Source: the human T2T-CHM13v2.0 reference genome, Homo sapiens. Taken from it: a stretch of 64,000 bases of DNA. The notes under the pieces are model-generated. The model had not been told where the DNA came from. It was given only the letters and a program-made list of their open reading frames with translations, and made no database searches. A program made the position numbers and the translations under genes. Position 1 is the first letter of the stretch, and every line of letters begins with the position of its first letter. Positions 15,443 to 37,485 of this stretch are shown in pieces. Location of the stretch: the NCBI RefSeq assembly GCF_009914755.1, contig NC_060929.1, one strand, 5' to 3'.

Positions 15443-16584
15443 AAAAAGTATTTATCTTAGGAGAAATAATTTAATAGAGATAAAAATGCTTACAATGAGC
15501 ATAATTTATAAATTTATAAATATAAAAATACGCAATACAAACAAGAATAGGCTACTGTTAAGAAGAGGAAAAATTACATATTGAAAATTTTAAAATTTGC
15601 TTGTGAGTAAAACATAAAACAACTCAATAAATTTCAATAGAAGAACTAAATGGAATAATGAACAATTTGAGAATAAATTTTTGAGCTGGAAGTTTGATCG
15701 GGGAAAATACAATTGAAAGTTTAACTGGAATTTTTATAAAATAGTTCCAAAAAATAACCTAGGGAATAAAATAATCAAAGAGACAATGGGAGAATATATA
15801 GTTCAATAAACACGTACTGAAAACATTCACACTATCCCTTTGAAAAGTAATGGAAACACTGTCTACAATAATGAAAGTGATGTTTTAGTTAATTTTGAAA
15901 ATATTCTCAAGAATCTGAAGAATAAATATATTTTTTATAGGCAAACATCAGAAAAATATTAAAAGATCTTCAGTTTTTAGTAGTCATACTAGATCCTAAG
16001 CAAAATGAAGCAATAGCTTTCAAAAAGGGTATGAACGATAGATAACACTAAATAAGTTCATACATAATTTGAACAACTAAAAATAATGATTTGAGAATAA
16101 AAGTATCTTAGTGTGAGACTACATAAATTATCATGTAAAATAGTTGGTGTACTCACTGGAATACTAGAGTAATGGCTGAAAATCATACAACCCAAAGAAA
16201 AAAAAGAGAATAAATGAAAGCAAGCAACAACAACAAAACAAAACACCTGGAAAGGAAGTAAAAATAAAGATTAAATAATAAATGCACACTCTGACTATAA
16301 ATCAGTAATCACAATAACTGGGTTTAGATAAAATCCTTCTACTAATTTTCTCATGTTGAGTAAGGAACAAACAACTACAATATATATCATCATGTGCTTT
16401 TTAAAATGAGACATAACAATGTGAACAAAACAGGGAAATTTCTCCCCTCACAAAGACTGCATTCACCTGCATTATCACTGTGGATTCATCTCAGAAGTTT
16501 TAATTTCCTTGAGGATGTGGCTATACCAGGTATTAGATATCCTTGAGCCAGCCCAACACCATCAGCCCACTATCATTTAATATA

Positions 16585-16721
16585 TAATTCTGGACCTACT
16601 TACATCAGAATCACTTCGGATACCTTTAAGAAAGTCAAAAATCACACTTTCTAAAAGTCTGAAAATATGCATCTTATCAAGCACCCCAGTGCCTCTTCAT
16701 ACAGAAATTTAAAAGCCACTG
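16585..16721. mobile_element. MER5-like MITE remnant
   Basis: CATCAGAATCAC..TGCATCTTATCAAGCACCCCAG..TTTAAAAGCCACTG. Confidence 0.45.
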
Positions 16722-17018
16722 CTCCAGACATTTATTTTTAATATTATGAGCAAATAATAGGGAGCAAAATATTTGAAGCTAAACTGAATTTCTTTTTTTT
16801 TAATTTTATTATTATTATACTTTAAGTTTTAGGGTACATGTGCACAACGTGCAGGTTTGTTACATATGTATACATGTGCCATGTTGGTGTGCTGCACCCA
16901 TTAACTCGTCATTTAGCATTAGGTACATCTCCGAATGCTATCCCTCCCCCATCCCCCCACCCCACAAGAGTCCCCAGTGTGTGATGTTCCCCTTCCTGTG
17001 TCCATGTGTTCTTATTGT

Positions 17019-20848
<3,830 letters not shown>

Positions 20849-20911
20849 TATGATGTTTTCTGCTTATTTTGCTCATTAGTTGATGCAGTTTCTTCCTAGC
20901 CTCGATGGTCT

Positions 20912-21264
20912 TTACAATTTGGCATGTTTTTGCAGTGACTGGTACCGGTTATTCCTTTCCATCTTTAGTGCTTCCTTCAGGAGCTCTTTTAGGGCAGGCC
21001 TGGTGGTGACAAAATCTCTCAGCATTTGCTTGTCTGTAAAGTATTTTATTTCTCCTTCACTTATGAAACTTAGTTTGGCTGGATATGAAATTCTGGGTTG
21101 AAAATTCTTTTCTTTAAGATTGTTGAATATTGGCCCCTGCTCTCTTCTGGCTTGTAGAGTTTCTGCTGAGAGATCAGCTGTTAGTCTGATGGGCTTCCCT
21201 TTGTGGGTAACCCGACCTTTCTCTCTGGCTGCCCTTAACATTTTTTCCTTCAACTTTGGTGAAT
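20912..21264 (-). pseudogene. L1 ORF1p C-terminal remnant
   Basis: KMLRAAREKGRVTHKGKPIRLTADLS...YPAKLSF...HAKL-stop. The N-terminus of the track ORF is flanking DNA. Confidence 0.93.
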
Positions 21265-21875
21265 TAAACTGAATTTCTAATCTGATAACAATAACCAAAA
21301 TTTTTGACTTGCCAAGAAAGCTGAGGTCTTCCCATTCTAACAGTGTATTCTGAAAGAAGCAGCAGTAGATTGGCTATATTAATGATTTCCAGAACACATA
21401 TTGAAAAATTAAATAAAATATGCTTAATGGCTTTTGGGTATTAATTTTTAACTCTAAAAAGTTAAATGAGATGTGCTAAAAACAACATGATATATAATTT
21501 TAAGATAATACACATAGAAAAATATAGGAAGAAAAATGTTTACAAAGTGATTCATTGAGGGAATGTTAATATCACTATAATAAGGAAATTACATATACAT
21601 CAGAACATTCAAGAGAAACTAATATTTCATTCACAATTAAGTGAAAGCTCTAAAAGATGGTCTAATATCCTTAAGAAGAAATGGGCAGGCCCAATTTGAA
21701 GAATTAATTAAAACTTTACTGAAGTAAACAGGAAATAATAGGATTCGAATAGATCAAGATAATCATGTTGCTACTTTTTAGGAGGATTGAATATATTAAG
21801 TCATCTTAATTTAAATTATAACTTCAAAACAAATAGCATTTCTAGTAATAGTCTAATGGAAATCAAAATGCTAAT

Positions 21876-22312
21876 TTTTATGCATAATTGTACATATTTA
21901 TGGAGGTAAATGTGATATTTTGATTCATGCATACAATGTATAATTATCAAATCAGAGTATTTAAAATGTTCATCGCCTCAAACACTTTTTATTTCTTTAT
22001 ATTGGGAAAGCTCCATATATTTTCTTCTGGCTATTTTAAACTATATTATAAATTCTCATCAACTATATTCACCCTAAAGTGCTACTGAAGACCAGAACTT
22101 ATTCTTCCTATCTAACTGTGTTTTTGTACCTATTAACGAACCTCTCCTCAATCCCTCTCACCCTTCCCAGCCTCTGATAAACATCATTCTATGCCCTACC
22201 TTTATAAGATGAACTTTTTAGCTCTCACATAAGAGTGAGAACATACAATGTCTTTCTGTGCTGGCTTTATTTGCAGTAACATGGATGCAACTGGAGGATG
22301 GCAAGTTAAGGA
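21876..22312 (-). mobile_element. Short L1MA 3'-end insertion with a small 5' inversion
   Basis: Antisense L1MA 3'UTR (ATAATTGTACATATTTATGG..ATCAAATCAGAGTA..AGAACTTATTC) to ~22272, then a sense-oriented piece TTTGCAGTAACATGGATGCAACTGGAGG. Confidence 0.85.
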
Positions 22313-22474
22313 AAATCAATACACTAATCCTTAATTTTATATTGAAGAAACTATGTACAAGAAAATAGAAGAATATTTTTCCCAGATCGAAATCTACTAT
22401 AACATTATAATAGAATCATTGGCATATGCTTAGGATTAGGATTTTTTTAAAATTCTGCTTTATTTGCTTCTGTG

Positions 22475-24690
22475 TGTGTTCCCTAGGAAACAGACTCTGA
22501 GATGGTTTAATGTGTCAGTTGTTTATTTGGAAATACCCTTGAGATCAACAATTGAAAAAGGCAGAAGGATCATATTATTTCATTCTTGCATTGCTATAAC
22601 TATCTGAGACTGGTTAATTTATGAAGAAAAAAGGTCTAATTCACTCATGGTTTCACATGATGTACAGGCAGTGTGGCTGAGGAGGCCTCGGGAAACTTAA
22701 AATCATTGCAGAAGGCAAAGAAGCTGTCACGTCCAACATCGCTGGAGCACGAGGAAGAGAGAGCAAACGGGGAGATGCTACACACTTTAAAATACTCAGA
22801 TTTAATGAGAACTCTATCACAAGACAGCACTGGGGGGATGGTGATAAACCATTGAAAACCACCCACATGATCCAGTCACCTCCCACCAGGCCCCACCTCC
22901 AACACTGGGATTATAATTCAACATGAGTTTTGGGTGGGGACATACAGCCAAACTATATTATTCCACCCCTTGCCCTTCCCAAATCTCATGACCTTCTCTC
23001 ATTTTAAAACACAATCATGCCTTCCCAGCAGTCCCCCAAAGTCTTAACTCATTCTAGCATTAACTCAAAAGTCCACAGTCTTATCTGAGACAAGTCTTAT
23101 CTGAGACAAGTCAAGTCCCTTCGACCTATGAGCCTGTAAAATCAAAAACAAGTTAGTTACTTCCAAGATACAATGTGGGTACAGGCATGGGTAAATGCTT
23201 TCATTCCAAAAGAGAGAAATTGTCCAAAACGAAAGGGCTACAGGCCCCATGCAAGTCTGAAACCCAGCAGGGCAGTCATTAAATCTTAAAGCCCCCAAAT
23301 AATCTCCTTTGACCCCATGTTTCACACCTAGGCAACACTGACACAAGAAGTAGGCTCCCAAGGCCTTGGGCAGCTCCGCCCATGTGGTTCTGCAGGGTAC
23401 AGCCCCCACAGCTGCTTTCATGGGCTGGCATTGAGCGCCTGTGGTTTTTCCAGGAGAACTGTGTAAGCTCTTGGTGGATCTAACATTCTGGGGTCTGGAG
23501 GATGACAGCCCTCTTCTCATGGCTCCAATAGGCAGTGCCCCAGTGGGGACTCTGTGGAGGGGTTCTAACCCCACATTTCTCCTCCACACTGCCCTAGTAA
23601 AGGTTTTCCATGAGGGCTCTGCTTCTGCAGCAGACTTCTGCTTGGACTTTCAGGCTTTTCCTTCCATACATCCTCTGAAATCTAGTCAGAGGCTCCAAGC
23701 CCCAATTCTTGCCCTCTGTGCACTTGCAGGCTTAACACCACAAGGAAGGCACCAAGGCTTATGGTGTGCACCCTCTAGAGCAGTGGCCTGAGACATATCC
23801 GGGACCCAATTAGCTACAACTGGAGCTGAAGTGGCTGGGACTTTTCCTAATCTTCCTGTATTCTTTTGAGCCCTCCAAACTGTTCCAGCCTCTGCCTGTT
23901 ACCCAGTTCCAAATTGCTTCCACATTTTCAGGTATCTTTATAGCAATGTCTCACTTCTCTGGTTCCAATTTTGTGTTTTAGTTCATTCTCACATTGCTAT
24001 GCTATAAAGAACTACCTGAAATTGGGTAATTTATGAAAAAAAAGTTTAATTGGGTCATGGTTCTGCAGGCTGCATAGGAAGAGGAAGCATGGGTGGGTAG
24101 TCTCAGGAAACTTACAATCATGGCATAAGGCAAAGGGGAAGCTAGCACATCCTAAATGGCTGGAGCAGGAGGAAGAGAGAGGGAAGGGGACGTGATACAC
24201 AATTTTAGAGAACCAGATCTTGTGAAAATTCTGTGGTGAGACTGCACTAGGGGGGTGGTGCTAAACCATTAGAAACAACCTCCATGATCCAACCACCCCC
24301 GCATCAGGCTCCTCCAACTCTGGGGTTTACAATTCAACATGAGATTTAGGTGGAGACAGAGCCAAACCATATCAGGGATAAAAGAGAATTGGACAGAGGA
24401 ATAAATTGAGCTGTAATGCAGGCCCAGCAATTGCTCCAGCCCAACCTTTGGAGTGTTCTGGAACTAGCATGGCTCTTCTGAGTTGTCCTCCATTTGCAGA
24501 GATGATCTTTCTACCTCCAAATAGTGAACGATCAGGTATACACTCTTCAGATAGGAATTCTGGCCAAGGCTGCTCCCTGTAGCTGAGGGAGTCTATGAGA
24601 AGCTGACATATAAGGATATATCTGCTGATTCCCTGCACCTGGGGGTCTGGAAGTCTTAAAGTGGGGTCTGTAAGACACATCACACTGTTC
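22475..24690 (-). mobile_element. ERVL LTR16-type LTR split by an MST provirus (pieces ~22475-22570 and 24375-24690)
   Basis: TTCCCTAGGAAACAGACTCTGAGATGG..CCCTTGAGATCAACA continues after the insert as ATTGGACAGAGG..GAGCTGTAATGCAGGCCC. Confidence 0.6.
22571..24374 (-). mobile_element. MSTA-like MaLR provirus: LTR 22571-22960, internally deleted int 22961-23973, LTR 23974-24374
   Basis: Two MST LTRs ending CCAAAC(C/T)ATAT(C/T)A flank a THE1/MST internal sequence. 5-bp TSD AGGAT/GGGAT. Confidence 0.9.
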
Positions 24691-27499
24691 TCACAGAATA
24701 TTGATGATACACTTGTCAAAGCCTTATTATGTCTTTCATTCTCCACCAGAAAGCATAAAAGGTTTGCCCCCAGTGACAGTTTTGTTCAAAATGTTTCTCC
24801 TTAGCACGTTTAACTTTCTATACTTGTAGCTTATCTTGTGCTTTGAAATATTTAAACATATGGGGATGTCAGGAAATAAATAGTGGACATCTGTATGATA
24901 ATTACTGCAGTCTCAATTTATAAATTACTTTTTTAATTAACAAAACTAATATATATTCAATGAATAAAATTAGCAAATGAAGTAGAAGACACAAACACCA
25001 TTACCAAAGAAAAGAAAAAATCATTCACAGATCCATTAACCAGTAAATTTTTCTAGACTACTTTAATCTGTTTATTTTCCCTACTATTTTATCAGTTAAC
25101 AATATAGAAAATATTCTGCACGTCAAAAATATTCTTATATAACATATTTCTTCAACTTCTGTCCTGCATATCTTAAAAAGAAATATATTTAATTAATTCT
25201 CTAGTGTTAATTTTATTTTATTATTTTTCTATTATAAGTGATTAATAAATAAATGTGTATATTTACGTTAGCACACATCAGATTATTGTTCATTTTTAGA
25301 TATTAAAGTTTTGCCCTTTCTTTTAAGTGATATTCTCAGACAGTGTTTTTTTTTTTTTCATATTTAAAGTGTAAAGCACCCAAAATAGATGTGTGTCCGA
25401 CTGAAGGCTGGTGAGGCTGTTCACTGTTAGAATGAGAGCCCAAGAGAAGTATCCTAAGCCACAGACCCTTGACTGTCTATTAAAGACTTTTAGGGGAACA
25501 GTGAATAAGCATTAGAGGCAAATAGCAAGAAAATATAATGAGATCAGGAAATTTCAATAAAAATTAATTGAACAATAAACTTTATACATTTCTAGAAGAC
25601 AAATGTATTCAAATTTCTGTTCTCTTCTGTCATTTTGAGTAAAACAATATAAGAAAAATGAAAAGTGTTTACAAAGATTTTAAGATTGGCTGAAGTTTGA
25701 TGCTGGCATTAGATCTGAATGGAAATAGCTAACATAAAAATGTATCTCAAAACAGCAGTGGATACCAACATTTTATGGAAGGAGTTTCTTTTCCAATAGA
25801 AAAAGGAATATCATTGGATTACATGTATAAAATGAAAGCATGATGAATTTTAGTGTGGTAAAACTGAAGTTTTCTTTATACAGCTTTAAGTATGTATTAA
25901 CTTTCACTTTACATCAGCATAAAAAAATTTTAAAGCTTCAATTTTACCTTCATTATAGAAATACATGATAAAAACCTCCTTTCTCTTTATTCTTACTATC
26001 ATTTCTTACATCTGGTAGGGAATAAACAACACTAGGTCCCTGGTCTTTAGCTCTGACTTGCAGAATAGAAATCTGATAGCTCATTCTTCTCTGAGTTCGA
26101 TGTTTATGGAAGGGAAAGAAAAATATTCATATTTCCCTAATGTTTTAGCAGTCTTTATTCTTTTTTTCCACAAAATGTCACATTTTTTCTGATGTTTAAT
26201 TAAATTAACTATTGCATAGTTACACGACTGAGATGGTCAGAGTGCTGATGTTGCAGTCTTTCCTAGAGCAGGCATATGAAATTCAGCAGGATATACACAA
26301 CTTCATAAAGAAATGTGAAACTCAGGGATAAAACAAACTGGATTTTATAAACATTATACCTCATGGACAAAAAAATATATAATGGAATTCTAAAATTTAT
26401 TTTAGTGAGTGAGTAACCTATCAGTTTATGTAAATATTGATGATTATACTTTCTGTGTATAATCTGTTTGTTCTTTGAAGATAACTAGTTAATCAAAATG
26501 CAAAAGCACTGACTTGTAATGATGCAAAATAGTTAATAAAATGGCATTGTTATTCATTCAGAAATTTAGTTGACTTGTGCTTTAGGGTGACAAGTTGTTG
26601 GTAAGTTCTTAGTAAATATCTGGTCAACAGAAGTGTGCTAGAGAGCTGTCAAGTTGCCTCACACATGTTCATGTTGTGGTTTTTGGCAATGACGTAAGAA
26701 AGTTAAAGCAGCCAATGTGTTCTTGATATTTCGGCTTGAATGCAGAAAACCTCCTCATAAGCATTGTGATTTCACTTGTACTCTGTGTCACAAAACTTTC
26801 CAGGCCCTCACTCTTCCCCAGGAATTTGGGGATTGATGTTCATGTTCTTTTTGGCTTGAGATATGATCTAACAGGAAAGTGTTGAACCTGAAAATTTTAT
26901 GGTTCATATCAAGGGCTCATGCTGCCTTTTGTTCATCGCTCCATTCATTTTTTTTCTCCAAGACTATTTTCCAAATTTACCTTCTCTTCATCCCATATAT
27001 CTATATAACATGGGGACATAATTAACTTTCTCAAAAGCATCGAGCCTGTCATCTATGCTCACCAGTCCTGAATCTAGTTGCAAAGAGTGTAAATGCAAAA
27101 AAAGGCTTAGTACTGGCTTATGCTCTTCTACTAACTTGTGTCATTTTGATCAAGTCTCTTTAACCTGTGGCAGCTAGTGGGGTACATATACAAAAGCAAC
27201 GTGTAAGTCTTCTTGACTCTCTTGCCTGAAGAACAGAATAATGGATGCTTACAGGTTTTGTGTTTTCTCTTTGCTTAGCATTTTAGTGAAATGGAATGAA
27301 AAGGAACACTCCTGGTTTTACTATACACTGGAAATATTAACTTTTATTTTTGATCCAGTATTTGAAGGCAGCATTTGTTATAGCTTTTATAAAGCTCCCT
27401 GCTTTTGTGAGACCACAGGCAAATGAAAATGCGCCCAGGATAAATTAGATTTTTTTGCCTTCAACTTACTATAATGTAAAAATTTAATATTTTCATATC

Positions 27500-27945
27500 A
27501 ATCTATTTCCCCACAGGAAATAATGCACTCAAAAGAGGCAGTTGACATGAGTTTAGGAAGAAATTATTTAAAAGTTGGTGGAAACCAAAGGGAAAGGGTG
27601 AATAAGCCAAGGGCTAATACTAGTGAGATGTTGCTTCTCTCTGACTTGAAGGGTGCTGGAGGGGAGAGCCATGATAGTTGCACAAAATTAGTGGTCTTTC
27701 ATAGGGCAACACCTCCACTGGCAACTGGCCACCTCAGCAGTGAGGGAGCTGGGGGAATAAGTATTACAACGGCCTTTTCTTCCCAATCTCTAATCTTTGA
27801 CTATAAACTCATTGTTCATTTATAACCAAAGCTCAAGGGTAAAGAAGTCTTCTTGTTGTCCACATGTAACAACCTTTTAAGGCAAGTTAGCAAAGTAGAG
27901 AATGTGGGAAAGGAGACATAAAGGAAAAAAATGGGGAATAACTAA
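27500..27945 (-). mobile_element. Old ERVL LTR, LTR33-like
   Basis: GGGAGCTGGGGGAATAA..AACCAAAGCTCAAGGGTAAAG..TGTCCACATGTAACAACC resembles the LTR33 layout but is highly diverged. Confidence 0.4.
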
Positions 27946-28227
27946 TACACCTGTAAATTGCCATGGAAATGTGCAACATGGAATGCCTGAGCCACGGACA
28001 GAAGTATTTTTGTACCCCCATCATAGATCGGTCTCTGTCAGACATAGCTAAAATTCCAGTGATTTTTCTAAAGTAATGACAAAACTGCTCATCATTATTG
28101 AAAACCTTATCAAGGAACATATCTATCCATATTACTAAGAACAACACTGCTGGGAAGTTGGAGCTCCTATAAAGAAATATGCTTGAGAGAGCAAAGCGGT
28201 ATGAGCAATCATGAATATATGATGTAA

Positions 28228-28848
28228 GGTATGATTCTGCTTGGGCTGCCATAACAAAACACCGCAGACTGGGTAGCTTAAACAACAAACACTTATTTTC
28301 TCACAGTACTGGAGCCTAGAAGTCAATGGCCTTGCTAACAAATTCAGTTTCTGGTGAGGCTCTCTTCCTGCTTGCAGCTGCCTTCCTACCGTCTGCATAT
28401 GGCCTTTCCCTGGTGCCTATGTGTAAAGAAAGAGAGAGGGAAAGAGGAAGAGAGGAAAAGAGAGAGAAACATTAGAGAGAGAGACACAGAGAGACAGAAA
28501 GATCCCTGATATCTCTTCTTTTTTAATTTTTATTTTTATATTTTTGAGCCAGGGTCTATGTTTGCCAGGTTGGTCTCGAACTCCTGGCCTCAATCAATCT
28601 TCCTGTCTCAGACTCTCCAAGTGCTGGGATTATAGGCGTGAGCCACAGCACCCTGCCAGTGTCTCTTCTTGTAAGGAAACTAATTCTACAGCATCAGGGT
28701 CCCACCCTTATGACCTAATTTAACCTAAATTACTATTAAGAAATTAGAGGCCCATTCTTCACACACAGCCACACTGGGGTTTAGGACTTTAGCATGATTT
28801 TTTTTTTTTTTGACAGGAAGTAGGAACAAACATTTGTAACGAACAGCA
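28228..28848 (-). mobile_element. MLT1A0-like MaLR solo LTR, interrupted by a FLAM and a GA-rich expansion
   Basis: GCTTGGGCTGCCATAACAAAACACCGCAGACTGGGT..TCTCACAGT..CCCACCCTTATGACCTAATTTAACC. Confidence 0.85.
28521..28657 (-). mobile_element. FLAM (free left Alu monomer)
   Basis: Single antisense left monomer with a T-rich tail. TSD core TCTCTTCTT at 28512-28520 and 28662-28670. Confidence 0.85.
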
Positions 28849-29719
28849 ATGGAAAACATAGTGTTAAGACTTCACATTACAAAATTTTTTCAAAGGTATA
28901 TAATTTAAAAAAAATACTGTTCTAAAATTTATTCAAGATCCTTTATAAAAGAATATTGACAGCTTATCTTTTAAGTATGCATTTATTATTTGGGTCTTAA
29001 AACTGTAAAATTTGGAAAGTAAAGAATCACATCGCCTGTAACTATTTACTCAGATATAACATCTGTAAATATTTAGTTTCAGAATTTTTCTCTTTGTATA
29101 ATACTTGCCAAGTTAAAATTAAAAAGATTCTTAATTTCAGGATTATTTAGAAAATGTAATCACTAATGTATATGGACTCTTTCAAAGAAGAAAAGGTGTA
29201 ATTCAAACTTATTTAAGGAATTTTTAGGTCTCTGTCCCAATATTTCCTTTAGTTGCAGTTTAATATAGAATCAACTTGATATATTCTATAATCTTATTTA
29301 TATTGTTTTTATGCTTGTATGACCTCTTTTATTTCATAATGAATGAAAGATAGATTATTCTTCTCATTTTTATGCAGGGCCACCATTATCCTAGATAGTA
29401 TTTTTGAAAGTATTTCCACCAGTGAATCATGCCTCTGTATAAATCTGAAGTTATATTTTTCTCCAGATAGATGTAACCCGTATAGGACACATACTTTCAT
29501 AAAGTATCAATGACATGTTTCAAAGTTCATCGTTTTATTTTTGTATCCTTGCTTTTAGTCTCACAGGATCCAGTCAAAATGATATTTTCCAAAGTAACTT
29601 AGGTTAGTATTTTTCTTCTCTACCACATCAATGTGGTTTTGCTATTTACTTGTAATAAAGTGAGAATCATTAGTTATAGTTATTATTTCAGTTGGGGCTC
29701 TTCTAGCATCCTGGATAAA

Positions 29720-31000
29720 TGTTTTTAGAACTTTACAAACAGTACAATTAACTGTGGTATTACACTTCTATGAATTCTGACAAATGCATATGTCCCTCAA
29801 CACAGTCAGGATATAGAACAATTCTCACTCCTAAAATTCTCTCATGCTGTTTCTTCATAGTCAGTCATCCTCCTCTATACTCCTATTAATTTTTCAGTTT
29901 TATCAAAAAATTATAATTAGTTTACAAAATGTTCTTTAATTCTTCTTTTAATTTCTTATAAAAAATGATTTTTTTCACTTGTCTTTTATAATTGTATATA
30001 GTTGTTCATTCTTTCCACGTTGTATCCAATGTGTAAAATACTTTATGGTTTCCACTTCTAGGATTTGTTTATAAATTTTTCTGACACTTTTTTCATTAAA
30101 CTTTTTCCTGAATCATTATTCATTCACTCCTATTTCTTTATTTTGTTTTAAGTGTTATTATTTTTCCATCATCTTTAGTGGAATTTTAATTATTTCCTTG
30201 TATCACTATGTAGCTGTCAGAAAAATGAGGACTGTAATTTTTTTGAAACATGCTTTGTCTACATTATATTTTTATTTTTATGATTTAATTCTAATTATGT
30301 ACTCCTAATTATTCTTTGTGTGTAGATATTCTATAATTTTTGTTATGATTTTTTGACCCAGGCATTATTTAGAAAAGATGTTTTTGTTTTTAATATTTAA
30401 ATATATTCCCTCCTCATTTTATTTAGTTTTAACTTATGTTAAAAAATGTAATATTACATATATTGAAATTTATTGATTTTTTGGATAGCATAATGTATGG
30501 TTAAGTTATATGATCATATTCAAATTTTGTACTTGAAATAAGATATATTTTCTACTCCTAACATATAGATAAATAAATGGTGTTTTGCTTATTCATACAA
30601 TGGCATGCTATACAACACTTGAAATTATTAAACTACATTTTTAATACAACATATATATGTCAGAAGTCTGAAAAAGTTAAGTTGCAAAAGAGTACACATA
30701 AGTAAACATAGAGTAATGCCATTTTTATAAATTTGAAAATAAACAATACATTATTCATTTATTAATATCTCCATGCAGTGAAAGTATAAAAGCACATTAT
30801 ACTTATGAGAATAATATTAATCAAGTACAGGATAGTGCTCATTCCTGGAAGAAAAAAAGAAAGAAGACATGGAGATGGAATAGTCATTTTATCTGTAAAA
30901 TTTTGTGTGATATTTTTTAAAAGAGAAAAAATATTCAATAAATAAAGCAATATATTGACATTTGTTTAATTTTCATTCCACAATATAAGAATCTTAAAGA
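29720..31000. mobile_element. Patchwork of old L1M fragments on both strands
   Basis: Antisense L1M 3' motif (TTCTATGAATTCTGACAAATGCATA..AGAACAATTC) and a sense L1ME-like 3' part (ATTCATACAATGGCATGCTATACAAC). Confidence 0.45.
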
Positions 31001-31080
31001 TCCCACAATTATAATTATATACATACACACACACACATACACACACACATGTATTTTAAGAAGTGAAAAAAATCTGAAAC

Positions 31081-37485
<6,405 letters not shown>

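Noticed and set aside
15250-16400. A-rich stretch resembling a very old L1/HAL1 ORF1 region
   Set aside because: Too diverged to assign family or boundaries by eye.
23065-23791. 174-aa and 116-aa ORFs in the MST internal region
   Set aside because: MaLR internal sequence with a deletion; no gag or pol motifs recognisable.
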